This document shows positions 12,996-25,042 of a stretch of 64,000 nt of DNA, in pieces. Every line of letters starts with the position of its first letter. The first letter of the stretch is position 1. Made by a program: the position numbers and the translations under genes. This DNA comes from an uncultured bacterium. Lineage in GTDB: Bacteria; Zixibacteria; MSB-5A5; GN15; FEB-12. The stretch covers positions 1-64,000 of the forward strand of contig CBDVDR010000015.1 in assembly GCA_965372795.1 (NCBI GenBank). Direction: 5' to 3'. The notes under the pieces were generated by a model, which was given only the letters and a program-made list of their open reading frames with translations, did no database searches and was not told where the DNA came from.

Positions 12996-13205
12996 TTAAG
13001 AATAGATTATTAAGTTAACTGGAACACAAAAAGATAGAAGGACACTAATTGATAAATTCTGACTGACGTTGAGAAGTTGAATATCTTTTTTATTTATACC
13101 CTGCTGATTAAATAAACTAGAACCTCGACTTGTCAACCTTGATAAGAAAAAGAATAGTTAATAAATTTCATATCAGTCAGGGTCTTTTTGTGTTTATAAA
13201 GGATT

Positions 13206-15269
13206 ATGTTAAGTAAAATAAGAAATATTGGCATTATGGCGCATATAGACGCCGGTAAAACCACTACTACCGAACGTATTCTCTATTATACAGGGAAAAC
13301 ACATCGAATTGGTGAAGTTCATGACGGTGCCGCTACGATGGATTGGATGGAGCAGGAAAAAGAAAGAGGTATAACTATTACCTCTGCTGCTACTACTTGT
13401 TTCTGGCGCGATCATGTTGTCAATATTATTGATACTCCGGGTCATGTAGATTTCACAGTCGAAGTTGAGCGTTCATTGCGAGTGCTTGATGGTGCTGTTG
13501 CCCTTTTCTGTGCTGTTGGTGGTGTTGAGCCACAATCTGAAACTGTTTGGCGTCAGGCTGATAAGTATCGGGTACCGCGTATTGCCTATATCAATAAGAT
13601 GGATCGTACCGGAGCGGATTTTGCAAATACCTTAAAAATTATGAATGACCGTTTTGGGTCAAATTGTGTTGCGATTACGATTCCTGCCGGTGAAGGTGAA
13701 TTATTCAGCGGGATTATCGATCTGTTGACTATGAAATTCCGTGTTTTCCATGAAGATTCTCATGGGACAACCTTTGATGACCTGCCTGTTCCGGATGATA
13801 TGCTTGAAATTACTAATGAATATCGTGAAAAGCTTCTCGAAGCTGTCGCTGATTATGACGATCATCTTTTGGAACAATTCCTGCATGATGAAGTACTTGA
13901 CCCTGCTAAAGTTTTAGAGGCTGTCAGAAAAGCCACCATTAACATGAAAATGGTACCGGTCATGTGCGGTTCTTCTTTTAAGAATAAAGGTATTCAAAAG
14001 CTGATGGATGCAGTCGTAGATTTTCTGCCATCACCAATGGATTTACCCCCAATCGAAGGCCATGATATTGCCAAGCCTGATAAAATGCTGGTTCGTAAGC
14101 CAAGTGTTGATGAGCCTGTGGCTGCTCTGGCTTTTAAAATTGCAACCGATCCGTATGTTGGAAAATTGACTTATATAAGAATTTACTCTGGCACGGTTAA
14201 AGCCGGGTCGTATCTGTATAACTCCAGTTCAGGAATTAAAGAACGTATTGCCCGCATTCTGAGAATGCACTCCAATAAAAGAGAAGATATCAAAGAGGCT
14301 TACGCCGGTGATATTGTGGCTATTATTGGGCTAAGAAAAACAACAACTGGTGATACTCTTTGTGCTGTTAAAAATCCGATTAAACTGGAAAGCATGACTT
14401 TCCCTGAACCGGTTGTCTCAGTGGCGATTGAGCCAAAGACTAAAGCTGATCAAGATAAATTATCCGATGCTCTCATTAAATTAGCTGAAGAAGATCCTAC
14501 CTTTATTGTCAATAATGATGAAGAGACCGGACAAACGATTATCAATGGTATGGGTGAGCTTCACCTCGAAATTCTTGTTGATCGCTTGATGAGAGAATTT
14601 TCAGTAGTAGCCTCTGTTGGACGTCCCTCAGTCTCATATAAGGAAACTATCACTAAAGAAGTTGAATCAGTCGGACGTTTTGTTCGTCAAAGTGGTGGTA
14701 AGGGTCAGTTTGGGCATGTTGTTCTGAAGGTCAAACCTACCACTGATGGAACTGATTTCAAATTTGAAAATAAAATTGTTGGCGGAAAGGTCCCGAGAGA
14801 GTATGTTCCGTCTGTGGAAAAAGGAATTAAAGAAGCGATGAGCAATGGACCGATTGCCGGTTTCCCGTTAGTTGGTATACATTGTCAATTGATAGACGGC
14901 AGTTATCACGAAGTTGACTCAAATGAGATGGCTTTTAAGATCGCCGGATCTATTGCCTTGCAGGATGCTTGTAAAAAATCATCACCTATAGTTCTTGAGC
15001 CGATTATGGATGTGGAAGTTGTGGTTCCTGAAGCTTATATGGGATCTGTCGTAGGTGATTTGAACGCCCGTCGCGGTAAAGTGAGTGGCATGATGCCTCG
15101 TGATGAAGTAAATGTTATTGCGGTTAGCGTACCGCTTTCGGAAATGTTTGGGTATGCGAATACCTTAAGGAATATATCCCAGGGTAGAGCCGTATTTTCA
15201 ATGCAGTTTGCAAAATATAGCCGAGTCCCTGCTGAGATTTCAAAAAAAATATTTGATAGAGTTATATAA
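13206..15269 (+). CDS. fusA: Elongation factor G
   Basis: [23 protein letters not shown] and NKMD GTPase motifs; str operon position. Confidence 0.99.
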   Translation: MLSKIRNIGIMAHIDAGKTTTTERILYYTGKTHRIGEVHDGAATMDWMEQEKERGITITSAATTCFWRDHVVNIIDTPGHVDFTVEVERSLRVLDGAVALFCAVGGVEPQSETVWRQADKYRVPRIAYINKMDRTGADFANTLKIMNDRFGSNCVAITIPAGEGELFSGIIDLLTMKFRVFHEDSHGTTFDDLPVPDDMLEITNEYREKLLEAVADYDDHLLEQFLHDEVLDPAKVLEAVRKATINMKMVPVMCGSSFKNKGIQKLMDAVVDFLPSPMDLPPIEGHDIAKPDKMLVRKPSVDEPVAALAFKIATDPYVGKLTYIRIYSGTVKAGSYLYNSSSGIKERIARILRMHSNKREDIKEAYAGDIVAIIGLRKTTTGDTLCAVKNPIKLESMTFPEPVVSVAIEPKTKADQDKLSDALIKLAEEDPTFIVNNDEETGQTIINGMGELHLEILVDRLMREFSVVASVGRPSVSYKETITKEVESVGRFVRQSGGKGQFGHVVLKVKPTTDGTDFKFENKIVGGKVPREYVPSVEKGIKEAMSNGPIAGFPLVGIHCQLIDGSYHEVDSNEMAFKIAGSIALQDACKKSSPIVLEPIMDVEVVVPEAYMGSVVGDLNARRGKVSGMMPRDEVNVIAVSVPLSEMFGYANTLRNISQGRAVFSMQFAKYSRVPAEISKKIFDRVI

Positions 15270-15286
15270 GGAGGATTGCGAGAGCA

Positions 15287-16495
15287 ATGGCTAAGGAGAA
15301 ATTTGAACGGACAAAGCCCCACGTAAATGTGGGCACAATTGGTCATGTCGACCATGGTAAGACAACTTTGACGGCTGCGATGACAATGTATTTGGCTCTT
15401 AAGAACAAAACAACAGTGCGTTCTTTTGATTCAATTGACAACGCACCTGAAGAACGGGAACGCGGCATTACGATTGCAACGGCTCATGTTGAATATGAGA
15501 CCGATGCTCGTCATTACGCTCACGTCGATTGTCCCGGTCACGCCGATTATGTAAAGAACATGATTACCGGTGCCGCTCAGATGGACGGTGCAGTTTTGGT
15601 TGTATCGGCTTCAGATGGTCCTATGCCTCAGACTCGTGAGCATATTCTTTTAGCTCGCCAGGTTGGTGTCCCTTTTATCGTAGTTTATATGAATAAGGTT
15701 GACATGGTAGATGACCCTGAGTTATTGGATCTGGTCGAACTTGAGGTACGCGATCTTCTTAGTTCTTATGATTTTCCTGGAGATGATATTCCTGTCATTC
15801 GTGGTTCTGCTTTACAGGCCATGTCTGTAGGATCAGGCGATGATGTAAATATGGATGATCCTGCTTTTGTGTCGATTCAGGAGTTGATGGATGCTTTAGA
15901 CAACTATATTCCTCAACCTGAACGCGACAAAGACAAAGCCTTCCTTCTTCCGGTTGAAGATGTATTTTCAATTACCGGTCGTGGAACTGTTGCCACCGGT
16001 CGTGTTGACCGTGGTGTTGTCAATCAGGGTGATACAGTCGAGATCATTGGTATTCGTGATACCCGCAAGACTGTTGTCACCGGTGTTGAGATGTTTCGTA
16101 AGTTATTAGACTATGCCGAAGCAGGTGATAACGTTGGATTATTGCTTCGCGGTGTAGATAAGGATGAGATTGAGCGTGGAATGGTTATTGCTGCTCCAGG
16201 TTCAATAACTCCTCATACGAAGTTTAAAGGTGAAGTATATATCTTGAACAAAGAAGAGGGTGGTCGTCACACACCATTCTTTACAGGTTATCGTCCTCAG
16301 TTTTACTTCCGTACAACGGATGTGACTGGTGTGGCTCATTTACCTGAAGGTGTCGAGATGATCATGCCGGGTGATAATGTCACTATGACAGTGGAGTTAA
16401 TAACTCCGATCGCTTTGGAAAAAGAATTACGTTTTGCGATACGTGAAGGCGGCCGTACAGTCGGTGCCGGAGTTGTATCGGAAGTTATAGAATAA
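15287..16495 (+). CDS. tuf: Elongation factor Tu, copy 2
   Basis: [17 protein letters not shown] and NKVD motifs. Confidence 0.99.
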   Translation: MAKEKFERTKPHVNVGTIGHVDHGKTTLTAAMTMYLALKNKTTVRSFDSIDNAPEERERGITIATAHVEYETDARHYAHVDCPGHADYVKNMITGAAQMDGAVLVVSASDGPMPQTREHILLARQVGVPFIVVYMNKVDMVDDPELLDLVELEVRDLLSSYDFPGDDIPVIRGSALQAMSVGSGDDVNMDDPAFVSIQELMDALDNYIPQPERDKDKAFLLPVEDVFSITGRGTVATGRVDRGVVNQGDTVEIIGIRDTRKTVVTGVEMFRKLLDYAEAGDNVGLLLRGVDKDEIERGMVIAAPGSITPHTKFKGEVYILNKEEGGRHTPFFTGYRPQFYFRTTDVTGVAHLPEGVEMIMPGDNVTMTVELITPIALEKELRFAIREGGRTVGAGVVSEVIE

Positions 16496-16508
16496 GCGAG
16501 CGATTATT

Positions 16509-16817
16509 ATGGACGTTCAAAAAATAAGAATTCGTTTGAAAGCGTATGATCATTACGCTCTGGATAAATCAACGAAGGAAATCGCCAGTACCGTTATTCG
16601 TACCGGTGCAAGGATTGTCGGACCGGTTCCGCTTCCGACAAAACGTACTGTATATACAGTATTGCGCTCTCCTCATGTTGATAAAAAATCACGTGAGCAA
16701 TTTGAAACTCGCATTCACAAACGGTTAATTGAAATTTATGATTCTACTCCGCAAACAGTCGATGCTTTGATGAAGCTTGATCTGCCAGCGGGTGTTGATG
16801 TAGAGATTAAAACTTGA
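16509..16817 (+). CDS. rpsJ: 30S ribosomal protein S10
   Basis: [14 protein letters not shown] motif. Confidence 0.99.
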   Translation: MDVQKIRIRLKAYDHYALDKSTKEIASTVIRTGARIVGPVPLPTKRTVYTVLRSPHVDKKSREQFETRIHKRLIEIYDSTPQTVDALMKLDLPAGVDVEIKT

Positions 16818-16830
16818 TTAGGATTATGGT

Positions 16831-17457
16831 ATGAAGGAAATACTCGGAAAAAAATTAGGCATGACTCGTATTTTCCAGCCTGACGGTGAAGCGGTTCCTG
16901 TTACTGTAATTGAAGCCGGACCTTGTCCGGTAGTAGCTAAAAAAACTGCTGATAGTAAAGGTTACGAAATCTATCAGGTCGGGTTCGGAAAACGGAAAAA
17001 AGTACGTACTAATAAGCCTTCTGAAGGGCATTTTGCCAAAGCCGGTGTTGAGCCAACAAGATATCTTCGTGAAGTTAAATATAGCGGAGAAGCGTTGGAC
17101 CTTGGTGCTGAATTAAAAGTAGGCATATTTAATGAAGGCGAAAGAGTTGATGTTACTGGTATTTCGCGAGGCCTTGGCTTTGCCGGTACAATGAAACGTC
17201 ATCACTTTTCAGGTGGAAACAAAACTCACGGTCAATCCGACCGTGCCCGTGCACCGGGTTCTATTGGTCAATCTTCTTATCCGTCACGCGTTTTCAAAGG
17301 TATGAAAATGTCAGGACGGATGGGTAAAGATAAAGTAACAACACTGAATCTTGAAATTATTAAGATTATTGAGGAAGAAAACCTGATGCTTGTTAAAGGT
17401 GCCGTACCGGGATTCAAAGGATCTCTGGTAAAAGTACGTTTGACTAATCGCGGATAG
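16831..17457 (+). CDS. rplC: 50S ribosomal protein L3
   Basis: GKKLGMT and RAPGSIG motifs; S10 operon order. Confidence 0.99.
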   Translation: MKEILGKKLGMTRIFQPDGEAVPVTVIEAGPCPVVAKKTADSKGYEIYQVGFGKRKKVRTNKPSEGHFAKAGVEPTRYLREVKYSGEALDLGAELKVGIFNEGERVDVTGISRGLGFAGTMKRHHFSGGNKTHGQSDRARAPGSIGQSSYPSRVFKGMKMSGRMGKDKVTTLNLEIIKIIEEENLMLVKGAVPGFKGSLVKVRLTNRG

Positions 17458-17472
17458 GAATGGAAATAAAGA

Positions 17473-18096
17473 ATGAGCATTAAGTTATACGATCAAACTG
17501 GTAAAGAAGTCGGTACTGTTGATTTAAAACCGGAAATTTTTGGTGTCGAACCAAATGAAGCGGTTGTGCATCAGTATATCGTAAATTACCTGGCTCGTCA
17601 GAGACAGGGTAATGCGGCGACTAAAACCAGAAGTGATGTTCGCGGCGGTGGTCGTAAACCGTGGCGTCAAAAAGGAACCGGTCGAGCCCGTGCCGGTACG
17701 ATCCGTTCACCTCTGTGGCGTGGAGGCGGTATTGTCTTTGGTCCACACCCCAGAAGTTATGGCTCTAAATTTCCTCGCAAGATGAAAAAATTGGCTCTCA
17801 AGTCAGTCTTTTCTGATAAAGCGTTGCAAGATAAAATCAAAGTTATTGATGAGTTTAAACTGGATGAAATTAAAACTAAACAGATGACCGGAATTCTGAC
17901 AAACCTCGATTTGAATGGAAAAAAATGTTTGATCCTCGATGAAGGTGAAAATGAAAATCTGATTCTTTCATGCAGAAACTTATCAAAAATAATGTGTTCT
18001 CGTGCGGCTCTTGCTAATGGCTATGATATTCTCAATGCGGATTATTTGCTGTTAACCAAAGCCGGCCTTGAAAAAGTAGAAGAGGTATTTGCTTAA
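17473..18096 (+). CDS. rplD: 50S ribosomal protein L4
   Basis: KPWRQKGTGRARAG motif. Confidence 0.99.
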   Translation: MSIKLYDQTGKEVGTVDLKPEIFGVEPNEAVVHQYIVNYLARQRQGNAATKTRSDVRGGGRKPWRQKGTGRARAGTIRSPLWRGGGIVFGPHPRSYGSKFPRKMKKLALKSVFSDKALQDKIKVIDEFKLDEIKTKQMTGILTNLDLNGKKCLILDEGENENLILSCRNLSKIMCSRAALANGYDILNADYLLLTKAGLEKVEEVFA

Positions 18097-18097
18097 A

Positions 18098-18385
18098 ATG
18101 GAAGTACATAAAACAATATTGTCCCATATTACGACCGAACGTACAACTAAGTTACGTGATGCTAATAACGAGTATACTTTCAAGGTCGACAGAAGAGCCA
18201 ATAAGTATAAAATCAGAGATGCCGTTGAAGATGCTTTTAAAGTTAAAGTTGATACGGTACGGACAATGGTAGTACCCGGTAAATTGAAACGGATGGGACG
18301 TTTTGCCGGTAAAACTCCAGCTTGGAAAAAGGCGATTGTGCGTCTCAAAGCTGGCGAAGTTATAACAATTTTTGAAAATGTTTAA
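18098..18385 (+). CDS. rplW: 50S ribosomal protein L23
   Basis: YTFKVD...WKKAIVRL; ATG at 18098 preferred over TTG at 18089. Confidence 0.97.
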   Translation: MEVHKTILSHITTERTTKLRDANNEYTFKVDRRANKYKIRDAVEDAFKVKVDTVRTMVVPGKLKRMGRFAGKTPAWKKAIVRLKAGEVITIFENV

Positions 18386-18404
18386 TTTAGGTTGGTGATC
18401 TAAT

Positions 18405-19235
18405 ATGGCAGTTAAAAAGTTTAGACCTATTACACCGTCACTGAGATTCCGTACGGTTCCAACTTTTGAAGAAATAACTTCAACTGTTCCTGAGAAATCT
18501 TTGCTGCGTCCGTTAAAGAAATCCGGTGGACGTAATAATAAAGGTCGTATCACCGCTTATCAGCGTGGAGGCGGTCACAAACGTTTCTATCGTATTATTG
18601 ACTTCAAACGCAATAAACACGATATACCTGCACGCGTGGCTTCAATTGAGTACGATCCAAATCGTTCAGCACGTATTGCTCTTTTGCATTATGTTGACGG
18701 GGAAAAAAGATATATAATCGCTCCTGATGGTTTAAATGTTAGTGATATGATTTTATCAGGAGATAATGTTGAAAATAAAATTGGAAATGCGTTACCTTTA
18801 AAAAATATGATTCTCGGTACCACGGTGCATAATATTGAAATGAAACCTAAAAAAGGTGCTCAGATTGTGCGCTCGGCTGGAACATTTGCCCAGTTGGTAG
18901 CTAAAGATGGCGGTAAAGCCATTTTAAAATTACCTTCAGGCGAAACCAGAACCGTACCAATTGATTGTTATGCAGTCGTTGGTCAGGTATCAAATATTGA
19001 TCATAAAAATGTTATTTGGGGTAAAGCTGGAGCATCTCGATGGAGAGGGCGCCGCCCGAATGTTCGTGGCGTTGCGATGAACCCGGTTGATCATCCTATG
19101 GGTGGTGGTGAAGGACGTACCTCTGGTGGTCGTCACCCCTGTACACCTTGGGGAAAACCGACTAAAGGTTATAAGACACGTAAGAAAAATAAATCAATGG
19201 ATCATTTGGTTGAAGACCGTAGAGCCAAAAAATAA
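18405..19235 (+). CDS. rplB: 50S ribosomal protein L2
   Basis: [17 protein letters not shown] motif. Confidence 0.99.
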   Translation: MAVKKFRPITPSLRFRTVPTFEEITSTVPEKSLLRPLKKSGGRNNKGRITAYQRGGGHKRFYRIIDFKRNKHDIPARVASIEYDPNRSARIALLHYVDGEKRYIIAPDGLNVSDMILSGDNVENKIGNALPLKNMILGTTVHNIEMKPKKGAQIVRSAGTFAQLVAKDGGKAILKLPSGETRTVPIDCYAVVGQVSNIDHKNVIWGKAGASRWRGRRPNVRGVAMNPVDHPMGGGEGRTSGGRHPCTPWGKPTKGYKTRKKNKSMDHLVEDRRAKK

Positions 19236-19256
19236 GTTAAGTATGGAGTAAAATAG

Positions 19257-19547
19257 ATGCCTCGTTCTCTGAAAAAAGGACCGTTTATTGATGAAAAGCT
19301 GATGAGTAAAATCAACGCTTTAAATGATACTGGTGAAAAAAAGGTTATTAAAACCTGGTCGAGACGATCGACGATTTCTCCTGACTTTGTAGGTCATACT
19401 CTTGCCGTCCATACCGGTAATAAATTTGTGCCGATCTATATCACTGAAAATATGGTAGGCCATAAACTTGGAGAGTTTGCTCCGACAAGGACTTTCCGCG
19501 GTCATAGTGGAAGACTGTCTGAAAGAGCAACGAAACTGAAAGGTTAA
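19257..19547 (+). CDS. rpsS: 30S ribosomal protein S19
   Basis: [10 protein letters not shown] and [11 protein letters not shown] motifs. Confidence 0.99.
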   Translation: MPRSLKKGPFIDEKLMSKINALNDTGEKKVIKTWSRRSTISPDFVGHTLAVHTGNKFVPIYITENMVGHKLGEFAPTRTFRGHSGRLSERATKLKG

Positions 19548-20116
19548 TGGTAGGAAAAATGCTTGTCACGTCAAAAGCTAGATTAAAATATATCAGTGTT
19601 CCACCTCGCAAAATGCGTCAAGTGGGTGATATGGTCAAGGGTATGCCGGTTGAGAAAGCTTTGAATATTCTTAACTTTACACCCAAAATTGCTGCTCATC
19701 ATATCGCTAAAACTCTCAAATCAGCGGCGGCAAATGCGCTGTCTACTGAGGGTACCGACAATTTGAAGCCGGAAGATCTGATGGTAAAAAATATCACTGT
19801 GGATGCTGCTCCGACTGCAAAACGGATTCGTTTCCAGTCTATGGGGCGAGTATTCCGCTACAAAAAACGTTTTTGTCATCTAACTATTGAGTTAGTCGGC
19901 GAAGTGGAAGTTGTAGAACAACCAAAAGCCAAGACAAAAACTAAAAAAGCTGCCAAAGTTGAAGCTGAAGCTGAAAAGCCGAAAGTCGTCAAGAAAAAAG
20001 CAGCTGTCAAAAAGAAAGCAACTGTAAAAAAGAAAGCCGTCAAAAAAACTCCGGCTAAAAAAACTGTTGCAAAAAAGAAAACTACAGCTAAAAAAGCTGT
20101 CAAAGATAAAGAATAA
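19547..20116 (+). CDS. rplV: 50S ribosomal protein L22 with Lys/Ala-rich C-terminal tail
   Basis: PPRKMR...LKSAAANA...HLTI core; alternative start ATG 19559. Confidence 0.97.
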   Translation: MVGKMLVTSKARLKYISVPPRKMRQVGDMVKGMPVEKALNILNFTPKIAAHHIAKTLKSAAANALSTEGTDNLKPEDLMVKNITVDAAPTAKRIRFQSMGRVFRYKKRFCHLTIELVGEVEVVEQPKAKTKTKKAAKVEAEAEKPKVVKKKAAVKKKATVKKKAVKKTPAKKTVAKKKTTAKKAVKDKE

Positions 20117-20140
20117 GTGTAGTAGGTAAGGAGATTATAG

Positions 20141-21100
20141 TTGGGTCAGAAAACACATCCCATAGGCTTTAGACTGGGAGTCATAAAAACTTGGAATAGT
20201 CGCTGGTTCGCCCCAGATAGAAACTTTTCCGATCTTATTTACGAAGATATGATGATCAAGCGTTATATTGACAGACGTTTGGATAATGCCGGTATTGCCC
20301 GGGTTAACATATCTCGTGCACCTAAAAAAGTTACTGTCGATATTCACACATCCCGACCGGGAATTGTAATTGGTCGGAAAGGTGCTGAAGTAGATAAGTT
20401 GCGTGAAGAACTCCATCTTCTGACCAAAAAAGATATCCTTCTGAATATTGTCGAAGTCAGAAAACCTGAGCTTGATGCACGTTTGGTTGCTGATACAATC
20501 GCCCGACAATTGGTCGGACGTATTGCCTTCCGTAGAGCAATGAAAAAAGCTCTGGCTGCAACTATGAGAATGGGTGCTGTTGGAATTAAAATTCAATGTT
20601 CCGGACGGTTAGGTGGTGCTGAGATTGCCCGTGCTGAAAAATATAAAGACGGCCGCGTCCCACTTCACACAATCCGCGCCGACATTGACTATGCGACTGC
20701 TACTGCTCATACAACTTACGGTTGCATTGGAGTGAAAATCTGGATCTGTCGTGGTGAAATTCTTGATGCCGGGAATTTCTATGCCGATGATAAAGATGAT
20801 TCAAAAGCTCAAGATAATGCTCCAGCTCATGGCAAAAAACATCGTTCGGCGAACAAGGATCGTAAATTCAAACGTCCACGGGGACGGGTTCGCAGACCTG
20901 AGGGTGACAATAGACCTCCAAGAGGTCGTCGTCCTGATGCTTCCGGACGTCCGGATAATGCTGGTAAGAAAAATGATTTCCAAAAAAGTGGCGGTTCCAG
21001 GCCTGATCAAAATAGAGGACCGCAACCGCAACCGAAACCGAAACCGAAACCGAAAGCACCGGCACCTAAGGCTCAAGAGCCGAAGGATAAAAAAGAATAA
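20141..21100 (+). CDS. rpsC: 30S ribosomal protein S3 with long C-terminal extension
   Basis: [13 protein letters not shown] and [10 protein letters not shown] motifs. Confidence 0.99.
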   Translation: MGQKTHPIGFRLGVIKTWNSRWFAPDRNFSDLIYEDMMIKRYIDRRLDNAGIARVNISRAPKKVTVDIHTSRPGIVIGRKGAEVDKLREELHLLTKKDILLNIVEVRKPELDARLVADTIARQLVGRIAFRRAMKKALAATMRMGAVGIKIQCSGRLGGAEIARAEKYKDGRVPLHTIRADIDYATATAHTTYGCIGVKIWICRGEILDAGNFYADDKDDSKAQDNAPAHGKKHRSANKDRKFKRPRGRVRRPEGDNRPPRGRRPDASGRPDNAGKKNDFQKSGGSRPDQNRGPQPQPKPKPKPKAPAPKAQEPKDKKE

Positions 21101-21136
21101 CTTTGAAAATGTTATATTAACTGGAGATAGATTAGA

Positions 21137-21559
21137 ATGTTACAACCGAAAAAGGTCAAATTTCGCAAGCAGCAGCGTGGGCGTCTGAGAGGAAAAGCTC
21201 ATGGCGGCTCGGCTGTGAATTTTGGGGAATTTGGGCTGAAAGCTCTGGAACCCTGTTGGATGACCAATCGCCAGATTGAAGCTGCTCGTATTGCCATGAC
21301 TCGTCATATCAAACGTGGTGGTAAGGTTTGGATTAGAGTCTTTCCGGATAAACCGGTTACTAAAAAACCTGCTGAAACCCGGATGGGTAAAGGTAAGGGA
21401 GCCCCTGAATATTGGGTAGCAGTAGTCAAGCCGGGTAGGATTTTATTTGAAATAGAAGGAATCTCGGAATCTCTGGCACGTGAAGCATTACGTTTGGCAG
21501 CTAGAAAACTGCCGATGAAAACTAAATTTGTAACACGTGAAGATACCCAAGGAGTTTAA
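21137..21559 (+). CDS. rplP: 50S ribosomal protein L16
   Basis: [12 protein letters not shown] motif. Confidence 0.99.
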   Translation: MLQPKKVKFRKQQRGRLRGKAHGGSAVNFGEFGLKALEPCWMTNRQIEAARIAMTRHIKRGGKVWIRVFPDKPVTKKPAETRMGKGKGAPEYWVAVVKPGRILFEIEGISESLAREALRLAARKLPMKTKFVTREDTQGV

Positions 21560-21837
21560 TGATGGCGAATATTATTAGTTCATTTCGTGAAATGACAAAG
21601 GTAGAACTCCTACAGAAGAAAATTGAACTTGAGGATGAAGTGTTCAACCTCAATATGAGACGGTCGCTGAAGCAACTCGATAATCCTCTGCGTTTACGCC
21701 AGATTAGAAGAGAAATTGCAAAAGTTGAAACCGTTATAACTGAAGATAAGCTTAGCATTAGAAAGCTTGCCGAAGAAAAAGTATCTGTTTTGTCTTCCTC
21801 CGGTAAAGCTGGTGGTGACAAAAAAGTAAAGGGTTAG
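21559..21837 (+). CDS. rpmC: 50S ribosomal protein L29
   Basis: LDNPLRLRQIRREIAK; between rplP and rpsQ; ~25-aa C-terminal extension. Confidence 0.95.
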   Translation: MMANIISSFREMTKVELLQKKIELEDEVFNLNMRRSLKQLDNPLRLRQIRREIAKVETVITEDKLSIRKLAEEKVSVLSSSGKAGGDKKVKG

Positions 21838-21842
21838 ATTAG

Positions 21843-22109
21843 ATGGCTGAAACTATACAAAGAACTCGGCGGAAAGTCCGTGTTGGTACTGTAATCTCTG
21901 ATAAAATGGACAAGAGTATTATAGTGCGTGTAGATCGTACAATGAGACATCCGTTGTATAAAAAAACGTACAGAACTTTCTCTAAGCTTTACGCTCATGA
22001 TGAAAAGAATGATGCTCGCTTAGGTGATGTCGTTAGTGTTATGGAAACAAGACCATTGTCACTTAAAAAGTGCTGGCGTCTGGTGGAAATAGTTGAGAAG
22101 GCTAAGTAG
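21843..22109 (+). CDS. rpsQ: 30S ribosomal protein S17
   Basis: [11 protein letters not shown] and ETRPLS motifs. Confidence 0.99.
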   Translation: MAETIQRTRRKVRVGTVISDKMDKSIIVRVDRTMRHPLYKKTYRTFSKLYAHDEKNDARLGDVVSVMETRPLSLKKCWRLVEIVEKAK

Positions 22110-22148
22110 CCAGACTAATTGCTAAAAGCATATAAAGGTGAATAGGAA

Positions 22149-22514
22149 ATGATTCAGGAATTTACTAAATTAACGGTTGCCGATAACTCCGGTGCAAAAA
22201 AAGCGATGTGTTTTCGTATTCTGGGAAGTAGTAAGAAAGTTGCCAGCATCGGCGATGTTATTGTTGTTACAATCAAAGAAGCAATGCCCGGCGGTACAGT
22301 TAAAAAATCAGAAGTTTGTAGAGCTGTTGTTGTTCGTACAAAATCAGAAGTCCGTCGTAAAGATGGTTCTTTAATCAGATTTTCTGATAATGCTGCGGTG
22401 ATTATCAATGAACAAAATGAGCCTCGCGGAACCCGTATCTTTGGTCCGGTTGCCCGTGAATTGAGAGATAAGAAATTCATGAAAATTATATCCCTCGCCC
22501 CAGAGGTCCTTTAA
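22149..22514 (+). CDS. rplN: 50S ribosomal protein L14
   Basis: VADNSGAK and [12 protein letters not shown] motifs. Confidence 0.99.
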   Translation: MIQEFTKLTVADNSGAKKAMCFRILGSSKKVASIGDVIVVTIKEAMPGGTVKKSEVCRAVVVRTKSEVRRKDGSLIRFSDNAAVIINEQNEPRGTRIFGPVARELRDKKFMKIISLAPEVL

Positions 22515-22530
22515 GAGGGAACAGAAAGTT

Positions 22531-22848
22531 ATGAATATAAAAAAAGGTGATACCGTTTACATCAGAAGCGGACAGAGTAAGGGCAAAACAGGCCGAGTCT
22601 TGTTTGTAAATACAAAAAACGATACTCTGGTGGTTGAAGGCATTAACATGCGTAAAAAACATCAGCGCCCTACTCAGAAAAGTCCCAAGGGTGGTATTAT
22701 TAGCATCGAAGGTCCGATTCATTACAGCAATGTCGGCCTCTATAACCCAACCTTATCAGGTCCGACCAAAGTGTCTATGCGGACTATTGATGAGGGTGGA
22801 AAAAAATCACGAGTAAGAATCTGCCGTAAAACCGGCGAGCAAATCTAA
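22531..22848 (+). CDS. rplX: 50S ribosomal protein L24
   Basis: IKKGDTV KOW motif; EGPIHYSNV. Confidence 0.98.
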   Translation: MNIKKGDTVYIRSGQSKGKTGRVLFVNTKNDTLVVEGINMRKKHQRPTQKSPKGGIISIEGPIHYSNVGLYNPTLSGPTKVSMRTIDEGGKKSRVRICRKTGEQI

Positions 22849-22860
22849 AGGATTGTTTTG

Positions 22861-23400
22861 ATGGTACGAATGAAAGATAAATATATGAATGAGATTCTCC
22901 CGAAAATTATGAAGGAGAATAAATACGAATCAATCATGCAGGTTCCAAAGCTCCAAAAAATTACGCTTAATATTGGCGTTGGCGAAGCTACTGAAAATAC
23001 TAAATTGCTTGATGCTGCGATTGAAGACCTGACTAAGATTACCGGACGTAAACCGATTGTAAATAAAGCAAGAAAAAGCATCTCTAACTTTAAACTGCGT
23101 GAAGGTACGCCTATTGGCTGTTCAGTTACATTGCGCGGTGAAGTTATGTATGAATTTCTTGATCGATTGATTTCTGTTTCCATCCCCCGTATCCGTGACT
23201 TCAGAGGCATCAGCCCCAAGTCATTTGACGGACGTGGCAACTTTAATCTTGGACTAAAAGAACAATTAATTTTCCCGGAAATAGAGTACGATAAAATTGA
23301 TAAAATCCGCGGAATGAATATCTCATTTACAACGACTGCCACAACCGATGAAGAAGGTCGGCAGTTGCTAACTGAATTCGGATTTCCATTCCGTAAATAG
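22861..23400 (+). CDS. rplE: 50S ribosomal protein L5
   Basis: PRIRDFRG and [10 protein letters not shown] motifs. Confidence 0.99.
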   Translation: MVRMKDKYMNEILPKIMKENKYESIMQVPKLQKITLNIGVGEATENTKLLDAAIEDLTKITGRKPIVNKARKSISNFKLREGTPIGCSVTLRGEVMYEFLDRLISVSIPRIRDFRGISPKSFDGRGNFNLGLKEQLIFPEIEYDKIDKIRGMNISFTTTATTDEEGRQLLTEFGFPFRK

Positions 23401-23417
23401 GAGTTTATTGTAGATAC

Positions 23418-23603
23418 ATGGCTAAAAAATGTCTTATAGAAAAACAAAGCAGAGAACCTAAATTTAAGGTTCGCAAATACAACCGCTGTCGTCGTTGCGG
23501 ACGTCCACGCGCCTTTATGCGTCGTTTCGGACTATGCCGTATTTGTTTCAGACAGATGGCCTTAGCCGGTGATATCCCCGGTGTTGTTAAGGCGAGTTGG
23601 TAA
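23418..23603 (+). CDS. rpsZ: 30S ribosomal protein S14 type Z (Zn-binding)
   Basis: 61 aa with CRRC...CRIC and GVVKASW end. Confidence 0.98.
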   Translation: MAKKCLIEKQSREPKFKVRKYNRCRRCGRPRAFMRRFGLCRICFRQMALAGDIPGVVKASW

Positions 23604-23636
23604 ATTGAACGATTTGGCTTTTGGGAGTAAATGTTT

Positions 23637-24038
23637 ATGAGTATGACCGACCCGGTCGCTGATTTGTTGACGAGAATTCGAAACGGATCGAAAGCACAAA
23701 AAAATGCTATTGATGTTCCCGCTTCTAACTTGAAACGTGAGATAGTACGAATTCTTATGGAAAATAAGTTTATCCGCGATGTAGTGGAACTACCTGATAA
23801 CAAGCAAGGTATTATGAGAGTTTATCTGCTGTACTCAAAAGGCGATGTGCCTGTTTTAAGGGGTATTAGTAGAATCTCCAAACCTGGCTTGCGTCGTTAT
23901 ATGAACGCTCAGGAAGTTAGACAAACGACACACAATCTACGCGGTATGATGATAGTATCAACATCTCAAGGTGTTATGACCAACGAAGATGCCTCTAGAA
24001 AAGGTGTTGGTGGTGAAGCCTTGTTGAGATGCTGGTAA
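23637..24038 (+). CDS. rpsH: 30S ribosomal protein S8
   Basis: MSMTDPVADLLTRIRN and RISKPGLRRY motifs. Confidence 0.99.
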   Translation: MSMTDPVADLLTRIRNGSKAQKNAIDVPASNLKREIVRILMENKFIRDVVELPDNKQGIMRVYLLYSKGDVPVLRGISRISKPGLRRYMNAQEVRQTTHNLRGMMIVSTSQGVMTNEDASRKGVGGEALLRCW

Positions 24039-24053
24039 GGAAAGGATTGTATA

Positions 24054-24608
24054 ATGTCACGTGTTGGTAAAGTACCAATTCCAATTCCGGATAAAATTTC
24101 CGTTGAAATCAACGGAAAAGATATCAAGGTTACCGGTCCGAAAGGAAATCTTTCGAGAACCATCCATGCTGATATGGCAGCAGTTGTTGAAGATAATAAT
24201 ATTGTAGTTACTCGTCCTTCTGATTTGAAAAAACATAGGTCTCTCCATGGATTGACTCGTGCTCTTTTGAATAATATGGTTATTGGAGTTTCCGAAGGAT
24301 ATAAAGTAGGTCTGCAAATTATCGGCGTCGGTTATAGAGCTGAAATGAAAAGCGACAAAGTTATTCGTTTGAATCTTGGCTATTCGCATCCAATTATTTT
24401 CGCTCTTCCGGAAGGAATTACTATTGAAAATCTTCCGAAAGAAAATAAATTATTTGTGGAAGGAATTGATAAAGAAGTTGTGGGCGCGGTTGCGGCCAAA
24501 ATTCGTTCTTTCCGTAAACCGGAACCATTTAAAGGTAAAGGCATTCGCTACATTGGTGAATATGTACGCAGTAAAGCTGGTAAAGCTGCTGTTGGTAGTG
24601 GTGCATAA
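24054..24608 (+). CDS. rplF: 50S ribosomal protein L6
   Basis: MSRVGK and PEPFKGKGIRY motifs. Confidence 0.99.
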   Translation: MSRVGKVPIPIPDKISVEINGKDIKVTGPKGNLSRTIHADMAAVVEDNNIVVTRPSDLKKHRSLHGLTRALLNNMVIGVSEGYKVGLQIIGVGYRAEMKSDKVIRLNLGYSHPIIFALPEGITIENLPKENKLFVEGIDKEVVGAVAAKIRSFRKPEPFKGKGIRYIGEYVRSKAGKAAVGSGA

Positions 24609-24634
24609 AACTGGTAGAGATTTGGTGATAAGAT

Positions 24635-25006
24635 ATGGCTGATAAAAATATAGTTAAAAGTAAAAAAGCTACTCGTCGTCGTCGTCGTGTGCGCGGTAAA
24701 ATTAATGGTACCGCTATGCGTCCACGTCTAACTATTGCAAAGTCTTTAAACAATACCTTTGCACAGATTATTGATGATGAAAATCAGGTTACTCTGGTTT
24801 CGATGGCTACTAATTCTAAAGACCTTAAAGCTGAGTTGGCTTCAGTGAATAAAACGGCCGCTGCTTTAATCGTCGGTAAAAAAATTGCTGAGTTAGCTAA
24901 AGAAAAAGGGATCGAAACTGTTGTCTTCGATCGGAATAAAAATAAATATCATGGTCGGGTTAAAGCGGTCGCCGATGGCGCTCGTAAATCCGGACTGAAA
25001 TTATAG
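24635..25006 (+). CDS. rplR: 50S ribosomal protein L18
   Basis: RPRL and VVFDR..YHGRVKA motifs. Confidence 0.99.
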   Translation: MADKNIVKSKKATRRRRRVRGKINGTAMRPRLTIAKSLNNTFAQIIDDENQVTLVSMATNSKDLKAELASVNKTAAALIVGKKIAELAKEKGIETVVFDRNKNKYHGRVKAVADGARKSGLKL

Positions 25007-25042
25007 TAAATATGAAAGTTGTAAAAATAAACGAGGTGTTGC

